Of a stretch of 64,000 nucleotides of DNA, positions 30,326-40,027 are shown in pieces. The notes beneath the pieces are model-generated. The model saw only the letters and a program-made list of their open reading frames with translations, searched no databases and was not told the DNA's origin. Source of the DNA: Terriglobia bacterium (GTDB lineage Bacteria; Acidobacteriota; Terriglobia; JAJPHL01; JAPKYU01); the NCBI GenBank assembly GCA_965223005.1, contig CBDCVK010000010.1, positions 1,088,001 to 1,152,000 of the forward strand, read 5' to 3'. Within the stretch, counting starts at the first letter, position 1. The number at the start of each line of letters is the position of its first letter. The translations under genes were made by a program, and so were the position numbers.

Positions 30326-33019
30326 TCAGTTTTGGTCGGTGGGGACGAGGCGCTTCAGCTCTTCAAACCAGTTGAGCACCACGTTGATTCGCGTCGCTTC
30401 CTCCTGCTCGCCTGGCTGGATCATCAAGAATCGCTGGCCGTCGGGCGTGACGTCGTAGTTTGGGGGAGACCAGTTGAAGTCGTTGTGGTACCGTCCCTCA
30501 AACAGTAGCGTGGGGGTGCCCGCACGAAAGGTTGGCTGCGTTGTAACCGGAACGGCCATCATCTTGTTGCCGTCGCGGTAGAACAGTTCCCTCCCGTTCT
30601 TCGCCCAGAGCGGCTCATTGCCGCCTTCGGTGGAAATCTGCCACTTGCCGCCGGGGCCGGGATACGGCTGCACATAGACTTCGTTCCGGCCGGACTCATT
30701 GGACGTATAGGCGAGCCAATGCCCGTCCGGGGAGAACACCGGCGCGCGTTCAACAAATTGGGTTTGGAGGAACGGGCGCGGCTTGCGCTCCCCCTGCAAC
30801 GGGAGAACCCAGATGTCCATTTCCGTGGTGGGATGAGATTCTTCAAAGGCCAGCACTTGCCCGTCCGGCGACCAGGACGAAGGCAACTGGACGCGTTCGC
30901 TTTCCGTTAGCTGCTCTACCGGGCCGCTGCCGTCGGCAGGTTTCCAAAACAGATTCGCGGGTCCGCCAGCCCGGCGCGAACCAAACGCCAACCGCTTTCC
31001 ATCCGGCATCCAGCGGGGAATATTTCCCCCTTCAAACGTCAGCCGGGTCAATGTTTTCCGGGGGATGTGGTAAATCCAGATGTCAGAGTTTCCAATCTGG
31101 ACGGCCAGCCGATTTCCGTCGGGTGAGAGGCTGGGGTCATCATAGACGCGTGGGGGCGTCGCTAGGGGCTCGACCACTCCTTGGCGATCGACCCAGACCA
31201 GCGTTCGCTGGCCGAGACCGCCCGGGATATAGACGAGCGATCCGCTCTCAGACACGCCGAACTGTGCCTGTCCAACTTCTTTAGTGTATATCGCGAGACC
31301 CTCGAGGACGACGGCCGGCGGTCCTGTTAACTGGAGCTGGTCGAGATCAAAGGGCGCCGCCAACAGCTTGTCTTCCCATCCATAGACCAAGTGGCCGGTT
31401 GGTACATACCGAGCACGCCCGCCCCGCGCGATCAGGGTCCGCCGCTCGCCAGTTTCCAGTGAAAGCAAACCGACTGAGAGACCACTTTCTTTCCCAACAG
31501 TAAATAGCACCGCCTTGCCTCCCGGGAGGACCTGAGGCCAAGCATAATAGTGTTCCACATCTTTGACCGCACTGGTGATCACCTCAGGGGTACCCCCGTC
31601 GGCCGAAACTCGAATAAGACCGTAGGAACCTCCGAAAATGAGAGCATTCCCGTTCGGAGTCCAGCTTAGACCGAGAGGCCCATAGCCTGCTATTTCTCTG
31701 TAGTTGCACAGGGTCCGGAGGGCTCCCCCGGAAAGCAATACCTTCTTTAGCAGTCCGTCCTCTCCGCCGAAGGCGAGCCACTTCCCATCGGGAGAAAAAG
31801 CACCATGGAACACTCCCGCAGTGCCCGGAATCAGCCTGCTCTCCAGTTCGTTTAAGCGCCGCACGTAGAGCTGCCGGCTGTCTCCTGTGAGGGCGACGTA
31901 AGCGATCTGTGTGCCGTCGAGTGAAATCTCCACCGCCGGATTGATCTCCCAAAAGGTTTGACCTTGCGAGAGGTTAATGACCAGTCGGCTGACGGGCCGC
32001 TGCACGGGTGGACTAGCTCGCCACAGACTCCAAACAGTGACCGCGGCCATGATCGCCAACAAGCCGCCCAGCATCCACGGAATTGCTCGCCGCCACGGCG
32101 CAGGCTGTGCTGCACCGATCGTCACTTCGGCCGCCAGTTCGGCAGCCGCCAATGCCTCCGGCGGTTCGCTGAGCGCCTCCTCGATCTCGATCCGGGCGTC
32201 TCCCATGTCGCGCAGGCGGCGTCGCGCATCCTTCTGGAAACAACGCCGCAGCAGGTTCCGAATTTGGGCAGGCGTAGTCTGAGGCAGCGCCTGCCAATCT
32301 GGCTCGCGCTCCAGGATGGCGGCAATGGTGTCCGACACCGTGGCTCCGGCGAAGGCCCTCTGGCCGGTGAGCAGTTCATACAGCACGCAGCCGAACGCCC
32401 AGATGTCAGTGCGCTTGTCTACGTCCTTGCCCCTGGCCTGATCCGGGCTCATGTAGCCGACAGTGCCCAGGATCGCTCCCGTCTCCATGCCGGCGGCGCT
32501 CACCGTTCCGGCCTTGGAAAGATCGGTGCCCACTGGCTGCGCCTTGGCCAGGCCAAAGTCCAACACCTTCACCTGGCCCTCCGGCGTCACCTTGACGTTG
32601 GCCGGCTTCAAGTCCCGGTGGATCACTCCCCGCTCATGGGCGGCCTCCAGAGCCTCGGCAATCTGGGCACAGACCCGCAGCGCCTCCGGCACCTCCAGCG
32701 GCCCGGCCTTCAGCCGCTCGGCCAGGGTCTCCCCCGGCACCAGCTCCAGCACCAGGAAGCGCACCCCGTCGGACTCCTCCAGCGTGTGGATGGCCCCAAT
32801 GTGAGGGTGGTTCAGCGAGGCCAGCAGCCGCGCTTCCCGCTCCAGGCGCGCCAGCCGCTCCGAGTCATGCGAAAACACCTCTGGCAGGACCTTGAGGGCC
32901 ACGTCGCGACCCAACTTGCGGTCATGTGCCCGGTACACTTCTCCCATCCCGCCGGCGCCCAGCAAGGAAAGGATCTGGTAGGAACTGATTTGCTGGCCCA
33001 GCAGCCTCTGCTCACTCAT
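30326..33019 (-). CDS. Hanks-type Ser/Thr protein kinase with TM helix and TolB/PD40 beta-propeller repeats
   Basis: LGAGGMGEVY, VALK, HRDLKPAN, DFGLAK, YMSPDQ, DIWAFG; repeated SPDG units. Confidence 0.95.
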   Translation of the reverse strand: MSEQRLLGQQISSYQILSLLGAGGMGEVYRAHDRKLGRDVALKVLPEVFSHDSERLARLEREARLLASLNHPHIGAIHTLEESDGVRFLVLELVPGETLAERLKAGPLEVPEALRVCAQIAEALEAAHERGVIHRDLKPANVKVTPEGQVKVLDFGLAKAQPVGTDLSKAGTVSAAGMETGAILGTVGYMSPDQARGKDVDKRTDIWAFGCVLYELLTGQRAFAGATVSDTIAAILEREPDWQALPQTTPAQIRNLLRRCFQKDARRRLRDMGDARIEIEEALSEPPEALAAAELAAEVTIGAAQPAPWRRAIPWMLGGLLAIMAAVTVWSLWRASPPVQRPVSRLVINLSQGQTFWEINPAVEISLDGTQIAYVALTGDSRQLYVRRLNELESRLIPGTAGVFHGAFSPDGKWLAFGGEDGLLKKVLLSGGALRTLCNYREIAGYGPLGLSWTPNGNALIFGGSYGLIRVSADGGTPEVITSAVKDVEHYYAWPQVLPGGKAVLFTVGKESGLSVGLLSLETGERRTLIARGGRARYVPTGHLVYGWEDKLLAAPFDLDQLQLTGPPAVVLEGLAIYTKEVGQAQFGVSESGSLVYIPGGLGQRTLVWVDRQGVVEPLATPPRVYDDPSLSPDGNRLAVQIGNSDIWIYHIPRKTLTRLTFEGGNIPRWMPDGKRLAFGSRRAGGPANLFWKPADGSGPVEQLTESERVQLPSSWSPDGQVLAFEESHPTTEMDIWVLPLQGERKPRPFLQTQFVERAPVFSPDGHWLAYTSNESGRNEVYVQPYPGPGGKWQISTEGGNEPLWAKNGRELFYRDGNKMMAVPVTTQPTFRAGTPTLLFEGRYHNDFNWSPPNYDVTPDGQRFLMIQPGEQEEATRINVVLNWFEELKRLVPTDQN

Positions 33020-33213
33020 GGAGAAAGAGCCCCGTCTGTGCAGCCATGCTACGCCCCACCCACAGGCAAGTCAACGTGGCGACCCGGCCGGTTGCGCAAC
33101 GTCGCTAAACAGGGCAACGAGGGATCAGAAGAGAAGGTCGGTTACAAAGTAAGGAGCGACGACCCCTTGAACACAAGTCTGCAACGGCTCATTTAGGTGT
33201 CATAGTAAGAGGG

Positions 33214-34641
33214 CTAGATGTCGTAGTAGAGGGCGAATTCATAGGGGTGCGGGCGCAGCCGGACAGCCTGGGCTTCGTTCCTCATCTTGTAGTCCACCCA
33301 GGTCTGGATCAATTCCTCGGTGAAGACGTCGCCCTTCAGCAGGAACTGGTGGTCGTTCTCCAGTGCCTTCAACGCCTCCTCCAAGGAGCCGGGTAGCGCG
33401 GGGACATCGCGCAGCTCCTCGGGGGAAAGATCGTAAATATCTTTGTCCAGGGGTTCGCCCGGATGGATCTTGTTCTCGATCCCGTCCAGGCCGGCCATGA
33501 GCATGGCCACAAAGGCCAGGTAGGGATTCGCGGAGGGGTCCGGCGGACGGAACTCAATTCGCTTGCTCTCCGGGTTGACCGAGTACATCGGGATCCGGAC
33601 GGCCGCGCTGCGGTTCCGTCGGGAGTAGGCCAGATTCACCGGCGCTTCGAATCCGGGCACCCCCAACCGCTTGTAGGAATTGGTGGTGGGGGCGGCAAAG
33701 GCCGCCACGGCCGGCGCGTGCTTCAGCACCCCGCCGATGTACCATAGCGCCATCTGACTGAGCCCGGCGTAGCAATCTCCGGCAAACAACGGCTTGCCGT
33801 CTTTCCATAGGCTCTGGTGGGTGTGCATGCCGCTTCCGTTGTCCTGAAACAGCGGCTTGGGCATAAACGTGGCGGTCTTCCCATACTGGTTTGCCACCTG
33901 CCGCACGATGTACTTGTAGAGCATCATGAAGTCAGCCGCCCGCACCAGGGTATTGAATTTCTGGTCAATCTCCGCCTGGCCTCCGGTAGCCACCTCGTGG
34001 TGGTGGCATTCCACTTCCAGACCGCATTTCTCCATGGTGAGGGCCATCTCGCTGCGCAGGTCCTGGTAGTGGTCGGTGGGCGCCACCGGGAAATATCCTT
34101 CCTTGTAGCGCGGGCGGTAGCCGAGGTTGTCAGCTTCGCGGCCGGAATTCCAGCGGCCTTCTTCGGCGTCAATGAAATAGAAGCCGCAGTTCTCACGCTG
34201 GTCGAAGCGAATACTGTCAAAGACAAAGAACTGGGCCTCGGCGCCGAAGTAAACTGCGTCGGCGATCCCGGTGTAGCGCAGGTAGGCTTCGGCTTTATTG
34301 GCGATGTAGCGTGGGTCGCGCTCGTAATGCTGCTTGGTGATCGGGTCAATAATGTCTCCGATCATCACCAGCGTCGGCACGTCGGTAAACGAGTCCAGCA
34401 TGTACCAGCTTGGATCCGGGATCAGCAGCATGTCGCTTTCATGGATGGCGGCCCAGCCGCGGATGCTCGAGCCGTCAATCCCGAAGCCGTCTTCAAAACT
34501 GCGCTCACTCAGTTGCCGGATGGGGAACGAGACGTGGTGCCACAGGCCCGGCAGGTCGGTAAAGCGGATGTCCACAAACTTGACCTCGTTTTTGCGGGCG
34601 AATTGCAAGATCTCGCTGGGGTCTTTTCGCTCGACAGTCAT
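33214..34641 (-). CDS. glnA: Glutamine synthetase type I
   Basis: [59 protein letters not shown] adenylylation motif. Confidence 0.95.
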   Translation of the reverse strand: MTVERKDPSEILQFARKNEVKFVDIRFTDLPGLWHHVSFPIRQLSERSFEDGFGIDGSSIRGWAAIHESDMLLIPDPSWYMLDSFTDVPTLVMIGDIIDPITKQHYERDPRYIANKAEAYLRYTGIADAVYFGAEAQFFVFDSIRFDQRENCGFYFIDAEEGRWNSGREADNLGYRPRYKEGYFPVAPTDHYQDLRSEMALTMEKCGLEVECHHHEVATGGQAEIDQKFNTLVRAADFMMLYKYIVRQVANQYGKTATFMPKPLFQDNGSGMHTHQSLWKDGKPLFAGDCYAGLSQMALWYIGGVLKHAPAVAAFAAPTTNSYKRLGVPGFEAPVNLAYSRRNRSAAVRIPMYSVNPESKRIEFRPPDPSANPYLAFVAMLMAGLDGIENKIHPGEPLDKDIYDLSPEELRDVPALPGSLEEALKALENDHQFLLKGDVFTEELIQTWVDYKMRNEAQAVRLRPHPYEFALYYDI

Positions 34642-35138
34642 GGGAACCTCCAAGGTGTCTTACGTCCGCGGCCTGCCAGCCAGCCTGGCCGGTCGCCTGG
34701 CCTGGGACCGAGTCGTCGCCCCCTGCACCGCACGGGCGAGTGAAGCCACAGTAGTCCACCCGTCACGGTAGTTCACCTAATAGTTCAGGTCAAGTCGTGG
34801 GGAAATTGAACGATTCGATGACGGATATCAAGAAAACCGATTGGACAATTGGACAAGGGGCAAAAGCAAACCGGGCATTTCCTTCAATGAAATAGCTCTG
34901 TGAGGCGGCGGGGAGAAATGTGAAGATTCCTCGTTCGGAACCAACGTTACTGGTCGCCCTGGCTCCTTCCTGTGTCGCTGGGCTGTGCCGCCGGGGCCAG
35001 CGCTGGCCGTCCAGCAAATTCCGTTGACGCTCCTAAGCGTTTCTGTTACGGTCAGTCGCGAAAAAATTCCCGCGGCCAGTGGTGTGTGTGAACCGGCAGG
35101 AAGCCGAGCTTTGCACAAGGAGGAAACCTAGGGGATAG

Positions 35139-35690
35139 ATGTTCGTCGCCAAAAAGATCTTCCTCACCAAGGGGGTCGGCAAACACCGGGAACGGCTGAC
35201 CAGCTTTGAATTGGCCCTCCGCAATGCCGGCATTGCCGCCTGTAATCTTGTCCGCGTATCCAGCATTTTTCCGCCACGATGCAAGCTGATCTCCCGCCCC
35301 AGCGGGCTGAAGTTACTGCGTCCCGGACAGGTGGTGTTTGCCGTGGTTGCGGAGAATGCTACCCGCGAAGCCCACCGGTTAGTCGCCGCCACTATCGGCC
35401 TGGCGCTGCCCACGGACCGCAATGCCTACGGCTACCTGGCCGAACACCACTCCTTTGGGGAAACCGAGGAGGTGGCGGGCGAGTACGCCGAGGAGTTGGC
35501 GGCAGAAATGCTGGCCACCACGCTGAACGTCGAGTTTGACCCGGACCGCAGTTGGGACGAGAAGAAAGAGATTTACCGCATTTCCAATAAGATCGTGCGG
35601 ACCATGAACAACACCCAGTCGGCTGTGGGCGATAAGCATGGCCGCTGGTCCACGGTGATCTCCTGCGCGATTCTGCTAGGGGATGACTGA
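35139..35690 (+). CDS. pdaD: Pyruvoyl-dependent arginine decarboxylase
   Basis: [25 protein letters not shown] (Ser-Ser autocleavage site), YGYLAEHH. Confidence 0.9.
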   Translation: MFVAKKIFLTKGVGKHRERLTSFELALRNAGIAACNLVRVSSIFPPRCKLISRPSGLKLLRPGQVVFAVVAENATREAHRLVAATIGLALPTDRNAYGYLAEHHSFGETEEVAGEYAEELAAEMLATTLNVEFDPDRSWDEKKEIYRISNKIVRTMNNTQSAVGDKHGRWSTVISCAILLGDD

Positions 35691-36798
35691 TTCTGTTCCC
35701 AAGGACCATAGAAAGGGCTCGAGCATGCACCACTCAACCGCTCTGAGGGGCGCCCAGGCCCGTCCCAGCAAGAAGGAGATTTTGTCCCATCCCACCCGGC
35801 CGGTGACGGTTGATGAAGACAAGACGGTGGCCGGGCTCCTGGAGAAGATGCGGGGCTCTTCCTTCCAGGGGAGAAACCTGGCCGACGCGTTTCAGATCTG
35901 GAAGAGCATGCTCCAGGACGAATGCACCATCATGATGGGCATGAGTGGCGCCATGATCCCGGCCGGGATGCGTCGCCTGCTGGTCTGGTTGATTCAGAAC
36001 CGGGCCATTGACTGCTTAGTCTCGACCGGCGCGCAGTTTTTCCACGACATTCACGAGTCTCTGGGACGGTTGCACTACCAGTCCTCTCCGGTGGTAGACG
36101 ACGTGCTGCTGGCCGAAAACCTGGTGGACCGCATGTACGACACACTGGCCGATGAGGCCGAGTTCCGTGAGGAAGATGAGTGGGTGGGCCAGTTCGCTTC
36201 ACGGCTGGATCAGTCTCGCGCCTATACGACGCGGGAGTTTCTCTATCTGCTGGGAGAAGAGGTTGCCAAGCACGCCAAAACGGAAGGAATGGTGACTGCC
36301 GCCTACAGAGCGGGCATCCCATTGTACTGCCCGGCGATCGCCGACTCCTCGATCGGCATTGGGATCGCCCAGAATCGCTACTTCGGCCGAAACTCCTTTA
36401 TGTTTGACGTGATCCAGGACGTGGTGGAAACCTCACTGATTACCGCGCGCTCGCCCAACACCGGGGTGGTCTATTTCGGAGGCGGCACCCCCAAGAACTT
36501 CATCCAGCAGGCGGAGGTCACCGCCATCATGATCCAGAGCGATGTGAGCGGGCACAAGTACGCCCTGCAGGTGGTGACGGACGCGCCGCACTGGGGGGGG
36601 TTGTCCGGCTGCACCTTCGAGGAGGCTCAGAGTTGGGGCAAGATTGCCAAGGATGCGCGGATGGTCAGTTGTCATTGCGATGCCACCATCGGCATGCCTC
36701 TGTTGGTCACGGCCCTGTCCCAGCACCCGGAGCTGTTCGAGAATCGCCGGCGGCCCTCGTTTCAGATGGGGCGAGACTTCGACGTGCGCTTCGAGTAG
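35683..36798 (+). CDS. Deoxyhypusine synthase-like protein (probable homospermidine pathway, SpeY-like)
   Basis: [45 protein letters not shown]. Confidence 0.9.
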   Translation: MTDSVPKDHRKGSSMHHSTALRGAQARPSKKEILSHPTRPVTVDEDKTVAGLLEKMRGSSFQGRNLADAFQIWKSMLQDECTIMMGMSGAMIPAGMRRLLVWLIQNRAIDCLVSTGAQFFHDIHESLGRLHYQSSPVVDDVLLAENLVDRMYDTLADEAEFREEDEWVGQFASRLDQSRAYTTREFLYLLGEEVAKHAKTEGMVTAAYRAGIPLYCPAIADSSIGIGIAQNRYFGRNSFMFDVIQDVVETSLITARSPNTGVVYFGGGTPKNFIQQAEVTAIMIQSDVSGHKYALQVVTDAPHWGGLSGCTFEEAQSWGKIAKDARMVSCHCDATIGMPLLVTALSQHPELFENRRRPSFQMGRDFDVRFE

Positions 36799-36910
36799 GC
36801 ACAGCCGCGCACGCCCGTGGGCAGTAAGGTCGCGCACCGGGTGGAAAGCCGGGTGGAAAGTTAGATGAGATCGTGCCGGCAACTATGGTTGTGCACGCGG
36901 TTTTTCGGAC

Positions 36911-37096
36911 CTAGGTAGACACCGCCACCGGCTTGGATTCGGGCGCATCCGGCGCCAGAAAACGCTCCTGCTCCAGACACACCGAACAAAACTCGCCCTC
37001 GCCATGCTCGGGGCACATGTCGGCGCTGCACTCCACGCAGGTTTCCGGAGCTTCGCTGATCTTTCCTTGCTGGAAGCACAGGTCGCAGATGGTCAC
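36911..37096 (-). CDS. Small Cys/His-rich zinc-finger protein (61 aa)
   Basis: CDLC..CVEC..CPEH..CSVC; GTGA overlap with the upstream MoaD-like gene. Confidence 0.7.
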   Translation of the reverse strand: MTICDLCFQQGKISEAPETCVECSADMCPEHGEGEFCSVCLEQERFLAPDAPESKPVAVST

Positions 37097-37398
37097 GGGC
37101 GAATTCCTTTCCGCGGCGGCTGGCAGCCGCCGGCAATGGAGGGGATCAACAGGACTTCATCCCCCTCGGCGAAGGTGTAGTTGGTGCCGCCGAGGAAGCG
37201 GATGTCCTCGTCATTCACGTAGACGTTGAGGAACGGGCGTGGCTGGCCCTGCTCGTCGCACAGGTTCTTCGTAAGCCCGGGGAACCGGCCCTCCAGCTCC
37301 TGGAACAATTGCGGCAGGTTCGCCGCCGTACAATTTACCTCCTCGACGCCCTGGGTGTGGCGGCGAAAGGGAGAACCCAGTCGAACTGTCACTGCCAT
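37093..37398 (-). CDS. MoaD/ThiS/CysO-family sulfur carrier with a C-terminal extension after GG
   Basis: FLNVYVNDEDIRFL..IPSIAGG followed by CQPPRKGIRP. Confidence 0.88.
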   Translation of the reverse strand: MAVTVRLGSPFRRHTQGVEEVNCTAANLPQLFQELEGRFPGLTKNLCDEQGQPRPFLNVYVNDEDIRFLGGTNYTFAEGDEVLLIPSIAGGCQPPRKGIRP

Positions 37399-37472
37399 CT
37401 TTACTCCTCGGCCCACGAAGGGGCCTGAACTCGAAGTCTCCCGCTCTCCAGCGCGCCCGACCAGGTTGTCGC

Positions 37473-38747
37473 TCAGTTCGCCACGACGGCCTGGCCAACC
37501 GGTAGAGCAGCTTCCGAAGCGCTACCGAGTACCACGCGGTCAAACTCGGCCAGTTTGGGGGCAATGGTAAATTCCCGCCCGCCCACACCCGAGACCGCTT
37601 CGGTAGTCTTCAATCCGTTCCCAGTGATGCAGAGCACCGTGGTCTCGTCGGGCGCAATGCGACCTTCCCGGAGCAGCTTCTGAAAACAGGCCACAGTCAC
37701 TCCACCGGCCGTTTCGGCGAAGATGCCTTCGGTGGAAGCGAGCAGGTGGATTCCTTCGACGATTTCCTCATCGGAAACGTGCGCGCCCCAACCTCCCGAT
37801 TCGCGCATCGTCCGGGCGGCGAAGAAGCCGTCGGCCGGGTTGCCGATGGCCAGCGAGCGGGCGATGGTGTTCGGTTTCTCCGGCAAGATCTGCTCCCGGT
37901 GCTCCTCCACAGCTCGCGAGATCGGGGCACAGCCGCTGGCCTGCGCTCCAAAAATTTTCACCCGGCCCGGCTCAACCAGGCCCAACTGCCCCAGTTCACC
38001 AAAGGCCTTGTAAACTCGCCCAATCAGAGAGCCTCCGGCCATGGGAATGACGACAGCCTGGGGCAGTCGCCAGCCCAGCTGCTCGGCGATCTCGTAGCCC
38101 ACGGACTTGGAACCCTCGGCGTAAAACGGGCGCAGGTTCACGTTGACGAACGCCCAGCGCCTATGCTGCGACACCTGCGTGCACAGCCGGTTGACAGCAT
38201 CGTAGTTGCCGTTGACGCGCACGAGCGTGGCCCCGTAGATCCGGGTGTTCACCAGCTTGGCCTCTTCCAGCTCGGCCGGCACAAACACCACCGCTTTCAA
38301 ACCGGCAAAAGCCGCCTGCGCGGCCACGGCATTGGCCAGATTTCCCGTAGAGGAGCACGCAACGGTATCAAAGCCGAATTCGATGGCCTTGTTCAGCGCC
38401 ACCGCGACCACCCGGTCTTTGAAGGAGAGGGTGGGAAAGTTCACCGCGTCATTCTTGAGGTAGAGCGCGCGGTGCCCCAACGCCTGGCCCAGATGCTTGG
38501 CCGGCAGCAGGGGGGTGAAACCCACCGGTAGGGGGGCGGCGGGTGGGCTGCTCAGGGGTAGCAACTCTTGGTAGCGCCAGAGACTGTGGGGTCGTGACTC
38601 GAAGGCACGCGGCGAAAGCTGCTTCCGCAGTATCGCGTAGTCGTAGGTCGGCTCCAGAGGAGCGAAGCACTCTTCACAAATCGAGGCGGGCTCTGCGGCG
38701 ACTAAACGCCCGCATCCGCGGCAGGTGAGCCCCAGCAAGTAGCTCAT
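37473..38747 (-). CDS. thrC: Threonine synthase-like PLP enzyme
   Basis: N-terminal CxxC..CxxC, PTLSFKDR, SSTGNLANA, YAEGSKS, SLAIGNPADG, ITGNGLKT. Confidence 0.88.
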   Translation of the reverse strand: MSYLLGLTCRGCGRLVAAEPASICEECFAPLEPTYDYAILRKQLSPRAFESRPHSLWRYQELLPLSSPPAAPLPVGFTPLLPAKHLGQALGHRALYLKNDAVNFPTLSFKDRVVAVALNKAIEFGFDTVACSSTGNLANAVAAQAAFAGLKAVVFVPAELEEAKLVNTRIYGATLVRVNGNYDAVNRLCTQVSQHRRWAFVNVNLRPFYAEGSKSVGYEIAEQLGWRLPQAVVIPMAGGSLIGRVYKAFGELGQLGLVEPGRVKIFGAQASGCAPISRAVEEHREQILPEKPNTIARSLAIGNPADGFFAARTMRESGGWGAHVSDEEIVEGIHLLASTEGIFAETAGGVTVACFQKLLREGRIAPDETTVLCITGNGLKTTEAVSGVGGREFTIAPKLAEFDRVVLGSASEAALPVGQAVVAN

Positions 38748-38807
38748 CGTTCCTTCCTTACTGTCCCTGATCCGTACTTGCTAGGAGGTCGCCTTACTCG
38801 GCGGGCA

Positions 38808-38838
38808 ACAAAAAACCCCTTCCGGGGCTGGAAGAGGT
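38808..38838 (-). terminator. Intrinsic terminator of the riboswitch expression platform
   Basis: CCTCTTCC-AGCCCC-GGAAGGGG followed by TTTTTTGTT on the minus strand. Confidence 0.8.
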
Positions 38839-38855
38839 CATTTCACGACCTCGCC

Positions 38856-38987
38856 CCCTAACATCTTCCCCCGTGCCTTCACGGAGCAGGAGTTGGCACC
38901 TCGACCCCCCGCTCTTGAAAACCCAGCGGGGGCGGTTGCCGTGGCGTCTACGGGCCTGTTCCCTCAGCCACTCTGGATGATTCAGGG
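38856..38987 (-). ncRNA. SAM-I (S-box) riboswitch
   Basis: ATCCAGAG-TGGCTGAGGGA-ACAGGCCC-GTAGACGCCA-CGGCAACC...GGTGCCAACTCCTGC...GGAAGATG matches the SAM-I consensus. Confidence 0.92.
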
Positions 38988-39147
38988 ACTGAATCAACTA
39001 TTCAATTGTCGAGCAAAATTGTAACCAGAGGGTGGGGAAGATGTCAACATGATTTTTCCTCCTCTTTCCAATGACCGGCCAAGCATCCGGATTGCAGCCT
39101 CCTACAGGGTGTTATCCGGTTATAATTATCGAGCAAGACGGCTGGTA

Positions 39148-39921
39148 ATGGAACGGGCTGCATCGCCTCTGGCATCGCCCCTGGCATCTCCTCTGCCATC
39201 TCCTCTGATTGTTGCGCTGGATTTTCCCTCGGCCGAGCCGGCCGTCCAGCTCGTCGAGTGCTTGCGGGCTGTTCCGGTGGGGTTGTTCAAGGTAGGCAAT
39301 GAGCTGTTTACGGCCGCCGGTCCTCAATTTGTGTCCGAGACCTTGCGACAGAAAAACCGGGCCGTATTTCTCGACCTGAAATTCCACGACATTCCCAACA
39401 CGGTAGCGGGCGCTGCGCGTGCCGCTGCCCGCCTGGGCGTATCGCTGCTTACGGTGCACGCAGCGGGCGGCCTAGCCATGATGCGTGCCGCCGCCGGCGC
39501 GGTCCGCGAGGTTTCTCCAGAAACCCGCCTGCTGGCCGTGACTCTGCTGACCAGCCTGGCCCAGGAGGACCTGGTGCGCGGAGGCGTGGTTGGTGAGCCC
39601 CAGGACCATGTGTTGCGCCTGGCGGAGATGGCCGTCCAGGCGGGGCTGGACGGCGTGGTGGCTTCTCCTGAGGAAGTTGCCGTGTTACGTCGGCACTTTC
39701 CCCGACCGTTTCTCTTGGTCACGCCCGGGATTCGTCCAACCTGGGCAACTCCACCTGCGACGGTCGCAGAGGACCAGCGGCGCGTGGCGACCCCCGCCGC
39801 CGCACTGGCTGCCGGCGCCGACTTGATCGTGGTCGGCCGCCCGATCACCTCCGCCCCCGATCCAGAGGAAGCAGCGAACAGAGTCTTGGAGGAACTGCAA
39901 GCGGGTACCAGACCCTTCTGA
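39148..39921 (+). CDS. pyrF: Orotidine-5'-phosphate decarboxylase
   Basis: IVALD, FKVG, FLDLKFHDIPNTV, VTPGIRP, DQRRV, VVGRPI. Confidence 0.96.
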   Translation: MERAASPLASPLASPLPSPLIVALDFPSAEPAVQLVECLRAVPVGLFKVGNELFTAAGPQFVSETLRQKNRAVFLDLKFHDIPNTVAGAARAAARLGVSLLTVHAAGGLAMMRAAAGAVREVSPETRLLAVTLLTSLAQEDLVRGGVVGEPQDHVLRLAEMAVQAGLDGVVASPEEVAVLRRHFPRPFLLVTPGIRPTWATPPATVAEDQRRVATPAAALAAGADLIVVGRPITSAPDPEEAANRVLEELQAGTRPF

Positions 39922-40027
39922 TCTTTAGCCTTTCCTGGCGGTCTCTTGTCTCTTCCTTTGAGGTATACTGGCGATCAGCAGTAGGAGTTGTAGCGGGTAA
40001 CCACTCGGCCTAAAGGGGAGGGCGGAG

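Noticed and set aside
32430-32460. Kinase SPD in place of (A/S)PE as a pseudokinase sign
   Set aside because: This is a conservative change and all other catalytic motifs (VALK, HRDLKPAN, DFG) are intact.
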